A stretch of DNA of 64,000 nt. Source: Candidatus Woesearchaeota archaeon. Its GTDB lineage: Archaea; Nanobdellota; Nanobdellia; Woesearchaeales; DSVV01. The notes under the pieces are model-generated. The model saw only the letters and a program-made list of their open reading frames with translations, was not told the DNA's origin and ran no database searches. The stretch is from NCBI GenBank assembly GCA_016192995.1, contig JACPTB010000006.1:5687-69686 (forward strand), in the 5' to 3' direction. Both the position numbers and the translations under genes were made by a program. Within the stretch, counting starts at the first letter, position 1, and every line of letters starts with the position of its first letter. Below, one piece after another: positions 19,942-29,161 of this stretch.

Positions 19942-20103
19942 GGCTCTGTAGAAAATGTAGTTTTTGGCATCTTTTGGTGAGGCTCTTCACGTTTATATGT
20001 GGGGATTTTTCGGAGTGCCAGAGAGAAAAATCCAATAAAATATACTCTTTAACAGCCGAACTGATGCCAAAACCGAGGCTATGCCGAGATTTTCTACAGA
20101 GCC
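19942..20103 (+). mobile_element. Palindromic MITE-like element, copy E (GGCTCTGTAGAAAAT termini)
   Basis: Outer stem is GGCTCTGTAGAAAAT / ATTTTCTACAGAGCC. Second stem is GTTTTTGGCATC / GATGCCAAAAC. Apical hairpin GGATTTTTC-GGAGTGCCAGAGA-GAAAAATCC lies at 20003-20033. The right-arm bulge is CGAGGCTATGCCGAG. It sits in a divergent promoter gap. No TSD was seen. Confidence 0.8.
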
Positions 20104-20159
20104 CTACCAAAAAGTATTTTAATAAGTAAAACAAGATGCTATGATAATGAGGTAGTAAC

Positions 20160-20471
20160 ATGGTAGATGAATCACTTAATAACCTTCAATCAAAACAACA
20201 GCTTCAAGATAATAAATCAGGCAATAATAAAAGATGGCTATTCCAAGCATTGCCGCTATTCATAGGTATAATTATAATAGTTTCCTTACTCACCATTGAC
20301 TTTACAGGTTCAGTTTCTCAAGGTGATATTACGGGAATGTCAGTTGCAACAGGTATGACACCCAAACCAATGCCTAAACAATGCAGATCAGATGTTGATT
20401 GCAATCCTGATGAAATTTGTTATGATTCAGGAGCTATTAAAGTCTGTATGAAACTAACTTTTATAAAATAG
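20160..20471 (+). CDS. Small N-terminally anchored Cys-rich protein
   Basis: 103 aa with one TM segment. It then has ITGMSV..CRSDVDCNPDEICYDSGAIKVC, a motif shared with the N-terminus of the 23091 protein. Confidence 0.5.
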   Translation: MVDESLNNLQSKQQLQDNKSGNNKRWLFQALPLFIGIIIIVSLLTIDFTGSVSQGDITGMSVATGMTPKPMPKQCRSDVDCNPDEICYDSGAIKVCMKLTFIK

Positions 20472-20489
20472 TTCATTCTTTAATAATCA

Positions 20490-21698
20490 ATGCAAGGTAA
20501 AAAACTCACCAACGTACTATTCTTCACCAATGGATTAGTTGGCTTAGGAGGTCAGGAGCGTGTTTTATTAGAAGCAGCTTCCTATTTTCAAAAAGAAAAA
20601 AAAATAACAACAAATGTTGCAACCTTTGTTTTGGACAAAGATATTCTTGAAAACTATCAGCATCTTGCAGTTACTGAGATCAGCAACTGCTCATATATTC
20701 AAAGAATAAAGTTATTGAGAAATTATTTGAAGCAAACAAAACCAGCTTTAATTATTGCATCATCATCACTCGATTGTATGTATGTATTCTTAGCATCATA
20801 TGGTTTAAACATTCCTTACATCAGCTACATTCATGGTTCTTTATTCTGGCTTGAAAACGAAGAACTCAAATATACTCTTCTTCATAAAAATTGTTTTCAT
20901 CGTATTAGAAATTCAGTCCAAGGTCATAAAGAATTTGTTCCAGAAAAAATCAAGAATACTTTCACGAAAAAAATCTTCAATAACCTAGTTGCAGTTCTCG
21001 ATTATATTGCTGTTAAAAGAGCGCGGGCAATAGTCGTATTAACAAAACAGATTGCATGGGAAATTGAAGAATTATATAACAAATATTCGATAGTGGTGAG
21101 AGGTTGTCTTGACAAAAAATTATTTAACTATCAGCCAAAGGTTGATATCAGGAAAAAATACCATATTAATAAAAAAACAAAAATTATTATGAATATTGGC
21201 AGATTAGATCCAAGAAAAAGAATTGATGTTTTAATCAAGGCATTTGACCATGTTGCAGAAAAATACAACGATAAAAACAATGATGTTGTTCTCTTAATAG
21301 GCGGCAAAGGTCCAGATAAAGAACGGTTAGATAACATCCATAAAACATTGAAGCATAAAGAAAAAATCAAATTTCTTGGTTTTATTCCAGACAACGAATA
21401 TTATGATCATCTTGCAGGCTGTGATATTTTTGCATTTCCAAGCTGGACAACGTCCGGAATTCCGCCGTATGAGGCATTAGCGTTAGGAAAGAAAGTTGTT
21501 TGGACAACTGAAGCAGAAGAGCCAGTCTTGACAGATCCCTTAGTGTTTCTTGCAGATCCAAATGTTGAAGCATTCACTCAGGCAATGAACAAAGCATTAA
21601 CAATGAAGGTGAAGGAAAAACCTCCAACATATCTTAAAGATCATATATGGGGGAAGTATTTTGAAACGTTATATGAAATTGCCATAAAAAATGTTTAA
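20490..21698 (+). CDS. GT4-family glycosyltransferase
   Basis: 402 aa. Motifs seen: GRLDPRKRIDVLIKAF and FPSWTTSGIPPYEALALGKKVV (an E-x7-E-like region). Confidence 0.8.
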   Translation: MQGKKLTNVLFFTNGLVGLGGQERVLLEAASYFQKEKKITTNVATFVLDKDILENYQHLAVTEISNCSYIQRIKLLRNYLKQTKPALIIASSSLDCMYVFLASYGLNIPYISYIHGSLFWLENEELKYTLLHKNCFHRIRNSVQGHKEFVPEKIKNTFTKKIFNNLVAVLDYIAVKRARAIVVLTKQIAWEIEELYNKYSIVVRGCLDKKLFNYQPKVDIRKKYHINKKTKIIMNIGRLDPRKRIDVLIKAFDHVAEKYNDKNNDVVLLIGGKGPDKERLDNIHKTLKHKEKIKFLGFIPDNEYYDHLAGCDIFAFPSWTTSGIPPYEALALGKKVVWTTEAEEPVLTDPLVFLADPNVEAFTQAMNKALTMKVKEKPPTYLKDHIWGKYFETLYEIAIKNV

Positions 21699-21707
21699 GC
21701 TTTTTTA

Positions 21708-21861
21708 GTACGTAATAAGTCTGGGGTTTTAGCGCCTACTTTTGTGAAGCTCTTCTTAAATTCACTTTGGGGATTTTTCGGAGTTCCAGAGAGAAAAATC
21801 CAATTGATATATGCTTGAAAAGCTGAACCGGCGCTAAAACCATAGAAGACTTATTACGTAC
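21708..21861 (+). mobile_element. Palindromic MITE-like element, copy F (GTACGTAATAAGTCT termini)
   Basis: Complete architecture with loop GGAGTTCCAGAGA. A perfect 8-bp direct repeat CTTTTTTA flanks it at 21700-21707 and 21862-21869. Its right terminus supplies the stop codon (21854-21856) of the convergent GT4 gene. Confidence 0.85.
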
Positions 21862-23005
21862 CTTTTTTAAGAACTTTATTATACACACCAATATATTTTT
21901 CTATGATCTTTTTCCAGTCATATTCTTTCTCAACATTTTGCTGAATAGCTTTTCCTAAATTAAGGCGTAATGATCTAATTCTTAAACGAAGAATTCTATT
22001 CGCAATTTGTTCAGGTTCATCTTTAACAACAAAACCATTTTTGCCATTTTCAACAATATCATTGACTATGCCGACGGGCGTGCAAACTAATGCTAATCCA
22101 GATGCACCAGCCTCAAGAATAGTTTGTCCAAAATTTTCAGATAATGAAGTATAAACAAATATATCAGCTTTTTTGTATTCATCAATTAATTCTTTGCCAT
22201 ATTTAAGTCCAGCAAACGTAATGTTCTCACCTACATCAAGCTCCTTAACGAGTTCTTTCATTTCATCAAGATAGCCAGGTTTATCAGTTGCGCTGTTAAC
22301 AATTTCTTCTCCAACAATCCGAAGAACAATAGCTTCTTTCTTCAATAAAGACATAGCTCTAATCAATGGTGCAATATTTCTATTTCTTGATATTCTCCCA
22401 ACAAACAGCAGGGTCAATATTTTATTTTTTCTTTTAGTTCTATCAACATAATATTGTTGTGCATCAATTCCCATAGGAATAACCTGTATTTTATCTTCAG
22501 CAACGCCATACTTTAGTGCTTCTTTTTTTTCGAAATGCGATGAAACAATAACAGCATCTGCTTTTTTTGCTACCATTTTCATAGTCAGGACATCATATAA
22601 TCTATACGGCAGTTTAACCCAACTATTTTTCAAATATTTGTCATACCCTAACAACCCACCATGGGTATTCAGCACAAAGGGTTTTCTCAATAATTTTGCC
22701 ATAACAAAGCTGAGATCTGTTTGAAAACTTCTATAATTATGAGCATGAATAATATCAGTGTTCTTAAACACAGATATCATGCTCGGTGTTATAATATATT
22801 GTAAAAATCTAAACCATGGTTTGCATCGTTCAACAGAAACCCCTTTATAATGTTCACATTCAGGAGCATCTTTCGCTTTAAAGGTGGTTGTTGTAATAGG
22901 AGAATGTATTCCTTGTTGTTCAAGTCTAAGAGAAATTTGATAAGCTTGATTAACAGGACCTGTTACATTTGGATAAAATGTTTCAATAACCCTTATAACC
23001 TTCAT
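21854..23005 (-). CDS. GT4-family glycosyltransferase
   Basis: 383 aa. Motifs seen: GRISRNRNI and TSLSENFGQTILEAGASGLALV. Confidence 0.8.
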   Translation of the reverse strand: MKVIRVIETFYPNVTGPVNQAYQISLRLEQQGIHSPITTTTFKAKDAPECEHYKGVSVERCKPWFRFLQYIITPSMISVFKNTDIIHAHNYRSFQTDLSFVMAKLLRKPFVLNTHGGLLGYDKYLKNSWVKLPYRLYDVLTMKMVAKKADAVIVSSHFEKKEALKYGVAEDKIQVIPMGIDAQQYYVDRTKRKNKILTLLFVGRISRNRNIAPLIRAMSLLKKEAIVLRIVGEEIVNSATDKPGYLDEMKELVKELDVGENITFAGLKYGKELIDEYKKADIFVYTSLSENFGQTILEAGASGLALVCTPVGIVNDIVENGKNGFVVKDEPEQIANRILRLRIRSLRLNLGKAIQQNVEKEYDWKKIIEKYIGVYNKVLKKGT

Positions 23006-23054
23006 GGTTATAAGGGTTAATCGAAATCTTTATAAATATGTTTTTTCAAAGTAT

Positions 23055-23070
23055 GGTTTATATATAAACC
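23055..23070. promoter_or_regulatory. Palindromic TATA element GGTTTATATATAAACC
   Basis: Perfect 16-nt palindrome centred about 29 nt upstream of the ATG at 23091. A second box, TTTATAAATA, at 23029-23038 fits the divergent gene. Confidence 0.45.
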
Positions 23071-23090
23071 ATAATTAGAGGTGTATTTCA

Positions 23091-25019
23091 ATGGTAAAAA
23101 AGTCAATGAATTCTTCAGAAGCAAATTCAAAGGAATCTCTTTACACTCCGATTGGAGCGATTGTTGCGTTATTATTGATTACTCTTATTGCTGTTTATTC
23201 TACAGGGTCAAATACGAGTAATTCTTCTAGTCCTACTGGTCTAGCGATAGGTATGTCGTGCCAAGCAGATGCAGATTGCGGAAATGTAAAAGAAGTGTGT
23301 TATAGTAATGTATGTGTCAGTAAAGCATGGGTATATAAATTAAATAAAATGTCAGCTAGCGGAAAACAAAAAGCATTACAGACCTTTCAAGCAAATTATA
23401 AAAAGTCTCAGGAGAAAAAATCTCAGGAGCAGCAACCTACTCCACCAGTTCCACAACCAAGTGAACAGCCTAAAGAACAACCCTCTTCAGCAGTGCCTTC
23501 AGGTGGAAGTCCTTCAGGTGGCAGTGGTGGCAGTGGTAGTAAAAAACTTGAGTGTAATCCTAATTTTGATTATAATGGTGATGGTTGGGTTGGTAAAAAA
23601 GACAGTGATTTTCTTATTCAAATAGTTATGAAAAAACAATCATGTCCTTCAGGAAAGACCTGTGATGTTGATGGTGATGGAAACGTAAACACCAATGACC
23701 TGCAGGCATTTGTCAATGCAAACCAGAAATGTTTAGACACAGCTTTAGCTGATCCAAGTTTGGAGAAATCAGTTTGCGGCAATAACTTCCTTGAAACTGG
23801 AGAAGTATGTGATGGAACTCAATTACAACCTACTAGTTGCCCGACAGGAACAACAGGAACAGTAACTTCTTGTAAAACTGACTGTTCTGGTCCTGATACC
23901 AGTAAGTGTTTAGCTCCGCCTAAATGCACTAAAGGTCAATGGGGTGGTTCATATTATGGCACTAAAATGTGTGCGAATAATGATGATTTGTCATGGTATG
24001 CAAATATGAATACACCAGTATGCAATGATGATCCAGCAAAAGGCACCTTGGGATGTTGTCAACTGACGAGTAAATCAGTAACCTGCGATGGTAATTCATG
24101 GGTTAATGTATCGGTAAGTTCATGTACAGGTCAAGAAGTTGTCCAGAAATATGATTGCAGCAGTAAATCTCCTCAAACCTGTGGAACATTATCTAATGGC
24201 AAGATTGATTGTGTACCAGTTAAACTTAATAAATGTACTAAACTATCAAGTGGGTGGTACATATATGGTTCAAATAACTGTGGTTTCTCTCCCGAAAGTT
24301 GTAATGATGATCCATCAAAAGGCAAAGTTGGGTGCTGTACTGAAAAATTAAATTCATGGGTATGTGATGCTGCTATAAATCAAACTTTAGTATGTACTAC
24401 AGCTGGTTCATATGGAAATCAGTATTGCGGCAGTACACCAGGTTCTTGTAATGATAATCCAGCAAAAGGTAAAGTTGGATGTTGCACTTTAGACTTAGTT
24501 CCTGATTCACTACATTGTGAAGGGAATATCTTAGTCAATCAAACCATAAATAGTTGTACTAATGAAAAAACAACGAATAAGCTTGACTGTACAATCCCTG
24601 AATGGAGCGGTTCTCCATCAAGAGTATGTGACACAATTGGTAGCAAACCTGGTTGTTATCAAACATGCACTGAAAAAGGTTTACCTCTTGGCTCTAGCAC
24701 TAAAATTATGCTTAATACGACGCAGAGCAATGTGGCTCTACCTTTCAACCAGTATAGTTCCTACTGCTCTTTAGACGGATTAAAAATAGGAAAATGGTTA
24801 TTTGTTGATGCATCAGGAAAGCTCTGTGATAAAGATGAGAAACTAAAAGGTTGTTACTTTGACACTCAGAAAGATTGGTCCGGTAAATCCTATACAAATG
24901 CCTATTATTATACTTTTAGTTGCAGTGACTCTGGTAAGGCTTACATAACAGAAACTAATAAATGGTGCGGTGATAGTGTGAATTCCTGTAATCCATCTAC
25001 AGGTTGTGTAAAGAAATAA
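23091..25019 (+). CDS. Anchored/secreted Cys-rich repeat protein with a dockerin-like Ca-binding pair
   Basis: 642 aa. It has an N-terminal TM segment, a P/S/G/Q linker, and DYNGDGWVGKKD / DVDGDGNVNTNDLQAF. It also has three copies of CND[DN]P[AS]KG[KT][VL]GCC at nt 24021, 24300 and 24447. Confidence 0.65.
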   Translation: MVKKSMNSSEANSKESLYTPIGAIVALLLITLIAVYSTGSNTSNSSSPTGLAIGMSCQADADCGNVKEVCYSNVCVSKAWVYKLNKMSASGKQKALQTFQANYKKSQEKKSQEQQPTPPVPQPSEQPKEQPSSAVPSGGSPSGGSGGSGSKKLECNPNFDYNGDGWVGKKDSDFLIQIVMKKQSCPSGKTCDVDGDGNVNTNDLQAFVNANQKCLDTALADPSLEKSVCGNNFLETGEVCDGTQLQPTSCPTGTTGTVTSCKTDCSGPDTSKCLAPPKCTKGQWGGSYYGTKMCANNDDLSWYANMNTPVCNDDPAKGTLGCCQLTSKSVTCDGNSWVNVSVSSCTGQEVVQKYDCSSKSPQTCGTLSNGKIDCVPVKLNKCTKLSSGWYIYGSNNCGFSPESCNDDPSKGKVGCCTEKLNSWVCDAAINQTLVCTTAGSYGNQYCGSTPGSCNDNPAKGKVGCCTLDLVPDSLHCEGNILVNQTINSCTNEKTTNKLDCTIPEWSGSPSRVCDTIGSKPGCYQTCTEKGLPLGSSTKIMLNTTQSNVALPFNQYSSYCSLDGLKIGKWLFVDASGKLCDKDEKLKGCYFDTQKDWSGKSYTNAYYYTFSCSDSGKAYITETNKWCGDSVNSCNPSTGCVKK

Positions 25020-25035
25020 TTTTTTTCTTTTTTTC
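25020..25035 (+). terminator. Oligo-T tract (archaeal-type terminator candidate)
   Basis: TTTTTTTCTTTTTTTC lies immediately after the stop at 25017-25019. The TATA-like box TTTTATAAAT follows at 25041-25050. Confidence 0.5.
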
Positions 25036-25071
25036 TTAAATTTTATAAATAAGTAATCTCTAGGATAAGCT

Positions 25072-26091
25072 ATGGCATCAAAGCAACCATTAGTTTCAAT
25101 AGTAATTCCTTCTTACAACGCTCATAAAAAAATAGCAAGTGTTTTAGATGCTATTATCGCAAATAACTATCCACATTTAGAAGTGATAGTCATAGATGAT
25201 AATTCTGCTGACCATACCTTAGAAATCGTTGAAACCTACCAGCATAAACTCTCTATTAAAATTATCAAAAAACCAAAATCAATGAAAAAAGGAGCTGCAA
25301 TAAGCACAAATCTAGGGATCAAAAAAGCAAAAGGTGAGATTGTTTGTTCTATTGATAGTGATGCTGTTATTTCTAATAATTGGATTAAAGAAGTAGTTAA
25401 GCAATTCAGAACAAACAGGAAATTAGGCGCAGTTGCAGGTTATATTTATACCGGCAACAAAGAAAATCTCTGGGCTAATTTCATGGGCGCTGAATTAGAA
25501 GATCGTTATGATAACATAACCAGCGATTATGTAGAACATATTAGTACGTGTAACACTGCTTATCGGAAAAAAGCATTAGAAGAAGTTGGTTTATTTGATG
25601 AAAAATTCTATTATGGTTATGATGTTGATCTTAGCTACAAACTAAGAAAAAAAGGCTATCAGTTAAAACTGCTTAAAACAATCTCTTGTGAACATTATTG
25701 GAAAGAAACATTAGGGGGATATTTAAAACAACAATATGATGTAGCATATGCGCGTTTACAGCTTCTTAATAAATATCCGCAAAAAAAAACAGGCGACGAT
25801 GTAGCAAATTGGTTTATGTTCATGCAAGTGCCTTTAACAGGATTATTTTATGCATTTTTAGGCTTAGGGCTGCTTTTCTATCTAACATTTGGAGCAACTA
25901 CTTCAAGCATACTTATGAAAATCAGCCTTATTCCTCTTGCATTTCTCATGTTATTAGAAATACCTCAAACATTAAGAATCCTTATTAAGCGTGAAGACGT
26001 ATCATTTATACTATTTCCTCTATTTATTCTTCTTAGAAACACTGCGTGGTGTTACGCAGCAGCAAGGTATGTGATGAAGCTAGTATTTTAG
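25072..26091 (+). CDS. GT2-family glycosyltransferase with C-terminal TM segments
   Basis: 339 aa. Motifs seen: SIVIPSYNA, VIVIDDNSAD and DSDAV. Confidence 0.8.
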   Translation: MASKQPLVSIVIPSYNAHKKIASVLDAIIANNYPHLEVIVIDDNSADHTLEIVETYQHKLSIKIIKKPKSMKKGAAISTNLGIKKAKGEIVCSIDSDAVISNNWIKEVVKQFRTNRKLGAVAGYIYTGNKENLWANFMGAELEDRYDNITSDYVEHISTCNTAYRKKALEEVGLFDEKFYYGYDVDLSYKLRKKGYQLKLLKTISCEHYWKETLGGYLKQQYDVAYARLQLLNKYPQKKTGDDVANWFMFMQVPLTGLFYAFLGLGLLFYLTFGATTSSILMKISLIPLAFLMLLEIPQTLRILIKREDVSFILFPLFILLRNTAWCYAAARYVMKLVF

Positions 26092-26244
26092 GTACGTAAT
26101 AAGTCTGGGGTTTTAGCGCCTACTTTTGTGAAGCTTTTCTATCTTTACGTTGAGGATTTTTCGGAGTTCCAGAGAGAAAAATCCAATATTTAAATCACTT
26201 TGGAGCTGAACCGGCGCTAAAACCATAGAAGACTTATTACGTAC
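26092..26244 (+). mobile_element. Palindromic MITE-like element, copy G (GTACGTAATAAGTCT termini)
   Basis: Starts at the nucleotide after the TAG stop of the GT2 gene. The architecture is complete, with loop GGAGTTCCAGAGA. There is no clean TSD. Confidence 0.8.
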
Positions 26245-26432
26245 TAATTTGTGGACAATACTTTATTCATGATACCTCCCTTATATCATCGAAGAATATG
26301 ACCTTATCCATGTAATTATTTAATATTATTAATGGCTATAAAGTTGATTTTATCAATTTTAAACGCTTATAACCTAAATCTAAATATTTAAATAACTATG
26401 CTGTTTTATGCCTTAAAACAAAGGTGATCAAT

Positions 26433-27866
26433 ATGGTTAAAAAGGTTATATTTGCCGTTGCTCCTAATATTGAGGGGAGGCGTCCTGAACGCTCATTTGG
26501 CTGTTCATTTACTAACTATCCTATGCCAAATCTGGGGTTATTAACGGTAGCTGCTCTTCTGGATAAAGAAGGACATAATGTTGAAATTATTGACGATCCT
26601 AATTATACCTGGAGTGAATTCTATGAAAAGCTCTTTGAGCAAAAAGCAGATTATTATATTTTTCACACGCCTATTTTAGCAACAAATATTGATTTAGGAA
26701 TTGCCAAAAAATTATTAGAGCAGATTCCTTCAGCAGGTATCATTTTTTTTGGTCCGCACCCAACTTATACGCCAGAAAAATTCCTTTTTGATGAGCGTGT
26801 TGTTATTGCGCGAGGCGAAGCAGATTATATTATTCGCGATCTTGTTGCAGGTAGACCAATCGAAGAAGTCAAAGGAATAAGTTATCTTAAGGAAGGCAAA
26901 CTGCTTGAAAACGAAACAGCAGGTATCATCAAAGACATAGATCAGCTGCCAATTCCTGCTCGGTGGTTGGATAAGCATGGATATGCAAACCCTAAAATGA
27001 GTGGTAAAAAATATACTAATATTTTAACAACGCGTGGTTGCGCATATCAATGCTATTATTGTGTTCCTAATTCAGTAAGCTGGGCAAGGGAATTAGAATG
27101 GAAGCGGTTTAACAAAGGCAAGCCTCCAGTAACAAAACGCTCTCCTGAAGCAGTGCTTGAAGAAGTAAAGCAATTAGTTGCTCAAGGATATCAAGAATTT
27201 TCATTTATTGATGATCAGTTTGTCTGGGAAAAAGAAAGAACATTGAAAATGCTCAATGGCTTAAAACAACTTAACATCAAATATGGTGTTCTTGCAAGAG
27301 CTGATCGCTTATGTGATGAAGATATTGTAAAAGCAATGGCTGAAAGTGGTTGTCAATATATTGACATAGGTGTTGAAAGTTTTGATCAAGAAGTGCTTAA
27401 TTATATTAAAAAAGGGATGCGCGTAGAATCTATCTACAAAGCAATAGAGTTATTGAATAAATATAACATTACGCCCAAAGTCAATATTATGTTTGGAACT
27501 TCCCCTAATGAAACTAAGGAATCAATCATAGCAACGATAAAAAAGACCAAAGCATTGCCGATTGATTACTGTATGTTTTCGATTGCAACGCCTTTTCCAG
27601 GAACGGAATTTGAAAAGCATTGTGAAGAAAAAGGTTGGCTTACAGAAAATGCAAAAGACGAGCGCATTTACGAAAATCTTAATCCAGCAAAGCGTTCATT
27701 GATCAAGCATCAATATTTAACACCGGAAGATTTAGAAAGGTTAACAAAACAAGCAAACCGCGAATTTTATTTAAGGCCAAGTGTTATTGTCAAGCAGATC
27801 AGAAAAACTAAAACAATTAAAGGCTTCAAAGAAGGAGCAAAAACCTTACTTAAACTAATCAAATAA
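26433..27866 (+). CDS. B12-binding-domain radical SAM enzyme (class B-like)
   Basis: It has an N-terminal Rossmann-like B12-binding region and then TTRGCAYQCYYC (CxxxCxxC). The start is taken at an ATG preceded by AAGGTGA. The track begins at a GTG at 26424. Confidence 0.8.
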   Translation: MVKKVIFAVAPNIEGRRPERSFGCSFTNYPMPNLGLLTVAALLDKEGHNVEIIDDPNYTWSEFYEKLFEQKADYYIFHTPILATNIDLGIAKKLLEQIPSAGIIFFGPHPTYTPEKFLFDERVVIARGEADYIIRDLVAGRPIEEVKGISYLKEGKLLENETAGIIKDIDQLPIPARWLDKHGYANPKMSGKKYTNILTTRGCAYQCYYCVPNSVSWARELEWKRFNKGKPPVTKRSPEAVLEEVKQLVAQGYQEFSFIDDQFVWEKERTLKMLNGLKQLNIKYGVLARADRLCDEDIVKAMAESGCQYIDIGVESFDQEVLNYIKKGMRVESIYKAIELLNKYNITPKVNIMFGTSPNETKESIIATIKKTKALPIDYCMFSIATPFPGTEFEKHCEEKGWLTENAKDERIYENLNPAKRSLIKHQYLTPEDLERLTKQANREFYLRPSVIVKQIRKTKTIKGFKEGAKTLLKLIK

Positions 27867-27922
27867 ACATAGAGATTGTATATAATCAGTAGTATTACTC
27901 GTAGCTTATGGGATAACTTGAA

Positions 27923-28020
27923 GGAGAGAAAAAATAATATTGGCGCAAACGGCATGTATCATGCCGAGCTTTTACCGCAGTAAAAGCGGTTTGCCTGCCA
28001 ATAATATTATTTTTTTCTCC
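27923..28020. repeat. 98-nt Y-shaped palindromic element (short relative of the MITE-like superfamily?)
   Basis: Outer arms are GGAGAGAAAAAATAATATTGGC / GCCAATAATATTATTTTTTTCTCC. The inner stem is GCAAAC / GTTTGC. It encloses two hairpins, GGCATG-TAT-CATGCC and GCTTTTAC-CGCA-GTAAAAGC. Confidence 0.6.
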
Positions 28021-28069
28021 AACATATATTGCGCATGATATATCCAATATAACAATATAAAACGGTGGA

Positions 28070-29161
28070 ATGATGTCAGTTACTTTAGGCAAGAAAAACA
28101 TTGCTGTTGAAACAGTAAGAAGGCTGCTGTATCTAGTTCCAGAACTTCCTTCCTATGTTCAAATTGAAATTACGAATGACTGTAATCTGTCATGCAAAAT
28201 GTGCCCGAGGGAAGTGCTGAATGTTAAATTTGTCAGCATGCCGCTCGAAAAATATAAATTATATATTGATAAAATTGCAGCAGTTGGTGTTGAACAGATT
28301 TCTTTAACAGGCTGGGGCGAACCATTAGTGCATCCACATTTGATTGAATGTTTAAGTTATGCAAAATCAAAAGGATTAATCACTAAATTTACGACGAATG
28401 GAGTTCTTATCAGGAAGGATGTTGTCGAGCCGATTATTGCTACGGGTGTTGATGAAATTACTTTTTCTATAGATTCTATTAATATGGATCCAAAAAATGA
28501 CTGGGCGCATTTGAATAAAGTGGCTTTAAAAAGAATTGAGGATTTCATCAGGTTGCGAAAAGAGAAAAATCAGCAGAATCCTAAAATTATTCTGCAAACC
28601 ATGCTCCAGAAAAATCATAGTGAAGATATATTTGACGTAATCAAATGGGCAGGAAAAACTGGCTGTGATGCAGTTAATCTTGGCAGATTAAACCTTAGTT
28701 TTGATCCAAACCTTGATCGGCCTAATCTGGAAGAAGAAAAGTTTATATTGGATAAAGCAGAATCACTAGGAACAGAATATAACATTCAGGTTGATTGTGT
28801 GCAAGGAGGGATGTTTTCAGGTATTGCGCGATTTGCTTACAAAAAATTAAAAAAATATTTGCATCGCGGTGGAAAAACATGCCTTAAAACTTATGATTAT
28901 TGTTATATTAATGTTCATGGAAAAGTGACTCCTTGTTGCTTGCTCCCGAACACTGAAATGGGAGATTTAAATACAGGAGAGTTACATGATATATGGAATA
29001 ATGATGCATTTAAATCATTCAGAGAACATGAAACAGCTTTTTGTGGAAGCTGTGATGTGATGAGAGTTGATATGCTTGAACAAAAGAAAGAGCAGCAAAA
29101 TGCCCAAAAAGCAGTTGAAGAAGGAAAATTGTACGGTATCCGTCGTAGTTCCCACGTATAA
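28070..29161 (+). CDS. Radical SAM enzyme with a C-terminal SPASM/twitch-like Cys cluster
   Basis: 363 aa. Motifs seen: EITNDCNLSCKMCP near the N-terminus and TPCCLLP...FCGSCD near the C-terminus. Confidence 0.75.
   Translation: MMSVTLGKKNIAVETVRRLLYLVPELPSYVQIEITNDCNLSCKMCPREVLNVKFVSMPLEKYKLYIDKIAAVGVEQISLTGWGEPLVHPHLIECLSYAKSKGLITKFTTNGVLIRKDVVEPIIATGVDEITFSIDSINMDPKNDWAHLNKVALKRIEDFIRLRKEKNQQNPKIILQTMLQKNHSEDIFDVIKWAGKTGCDAVNLGRLNLSFDPNLDRPNLEEEKFILDKAESLGTEYNIQVDCVQGGMFSGIARFAYKKLKKYLHRGGKTCLKTYDYCYINVHGKVTPCCLLPNTEMGDLNTGELHDIWNNDAFKSFREHETAFCGSCDVMRVDMLEQKKEQQNAQKAVEEGKLYGIRRSSHV

Noticed and set aside
26245-26432. Short ORFs upstream of the radical SAM pair as RiPP precursor peptides
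   Set aside because: The candidates are 10 and 19 codons (MIPPLYHRRI; MAIKLILSILNAYNLNLNI). They have no Cys, Ser or Thr-rich core and no leader-like features or ribosome-binding context. There is not enough support to call them.
29067-29161. The overlap between the SPASM gene and the DPM1-like gene as a frameshift or pseudogene
   Set aside because: Both frames are intact with complete domain motifs. The overlap shrinks to 62 nt with the ATG at 29100. Overlapping genes are common throughout this window.
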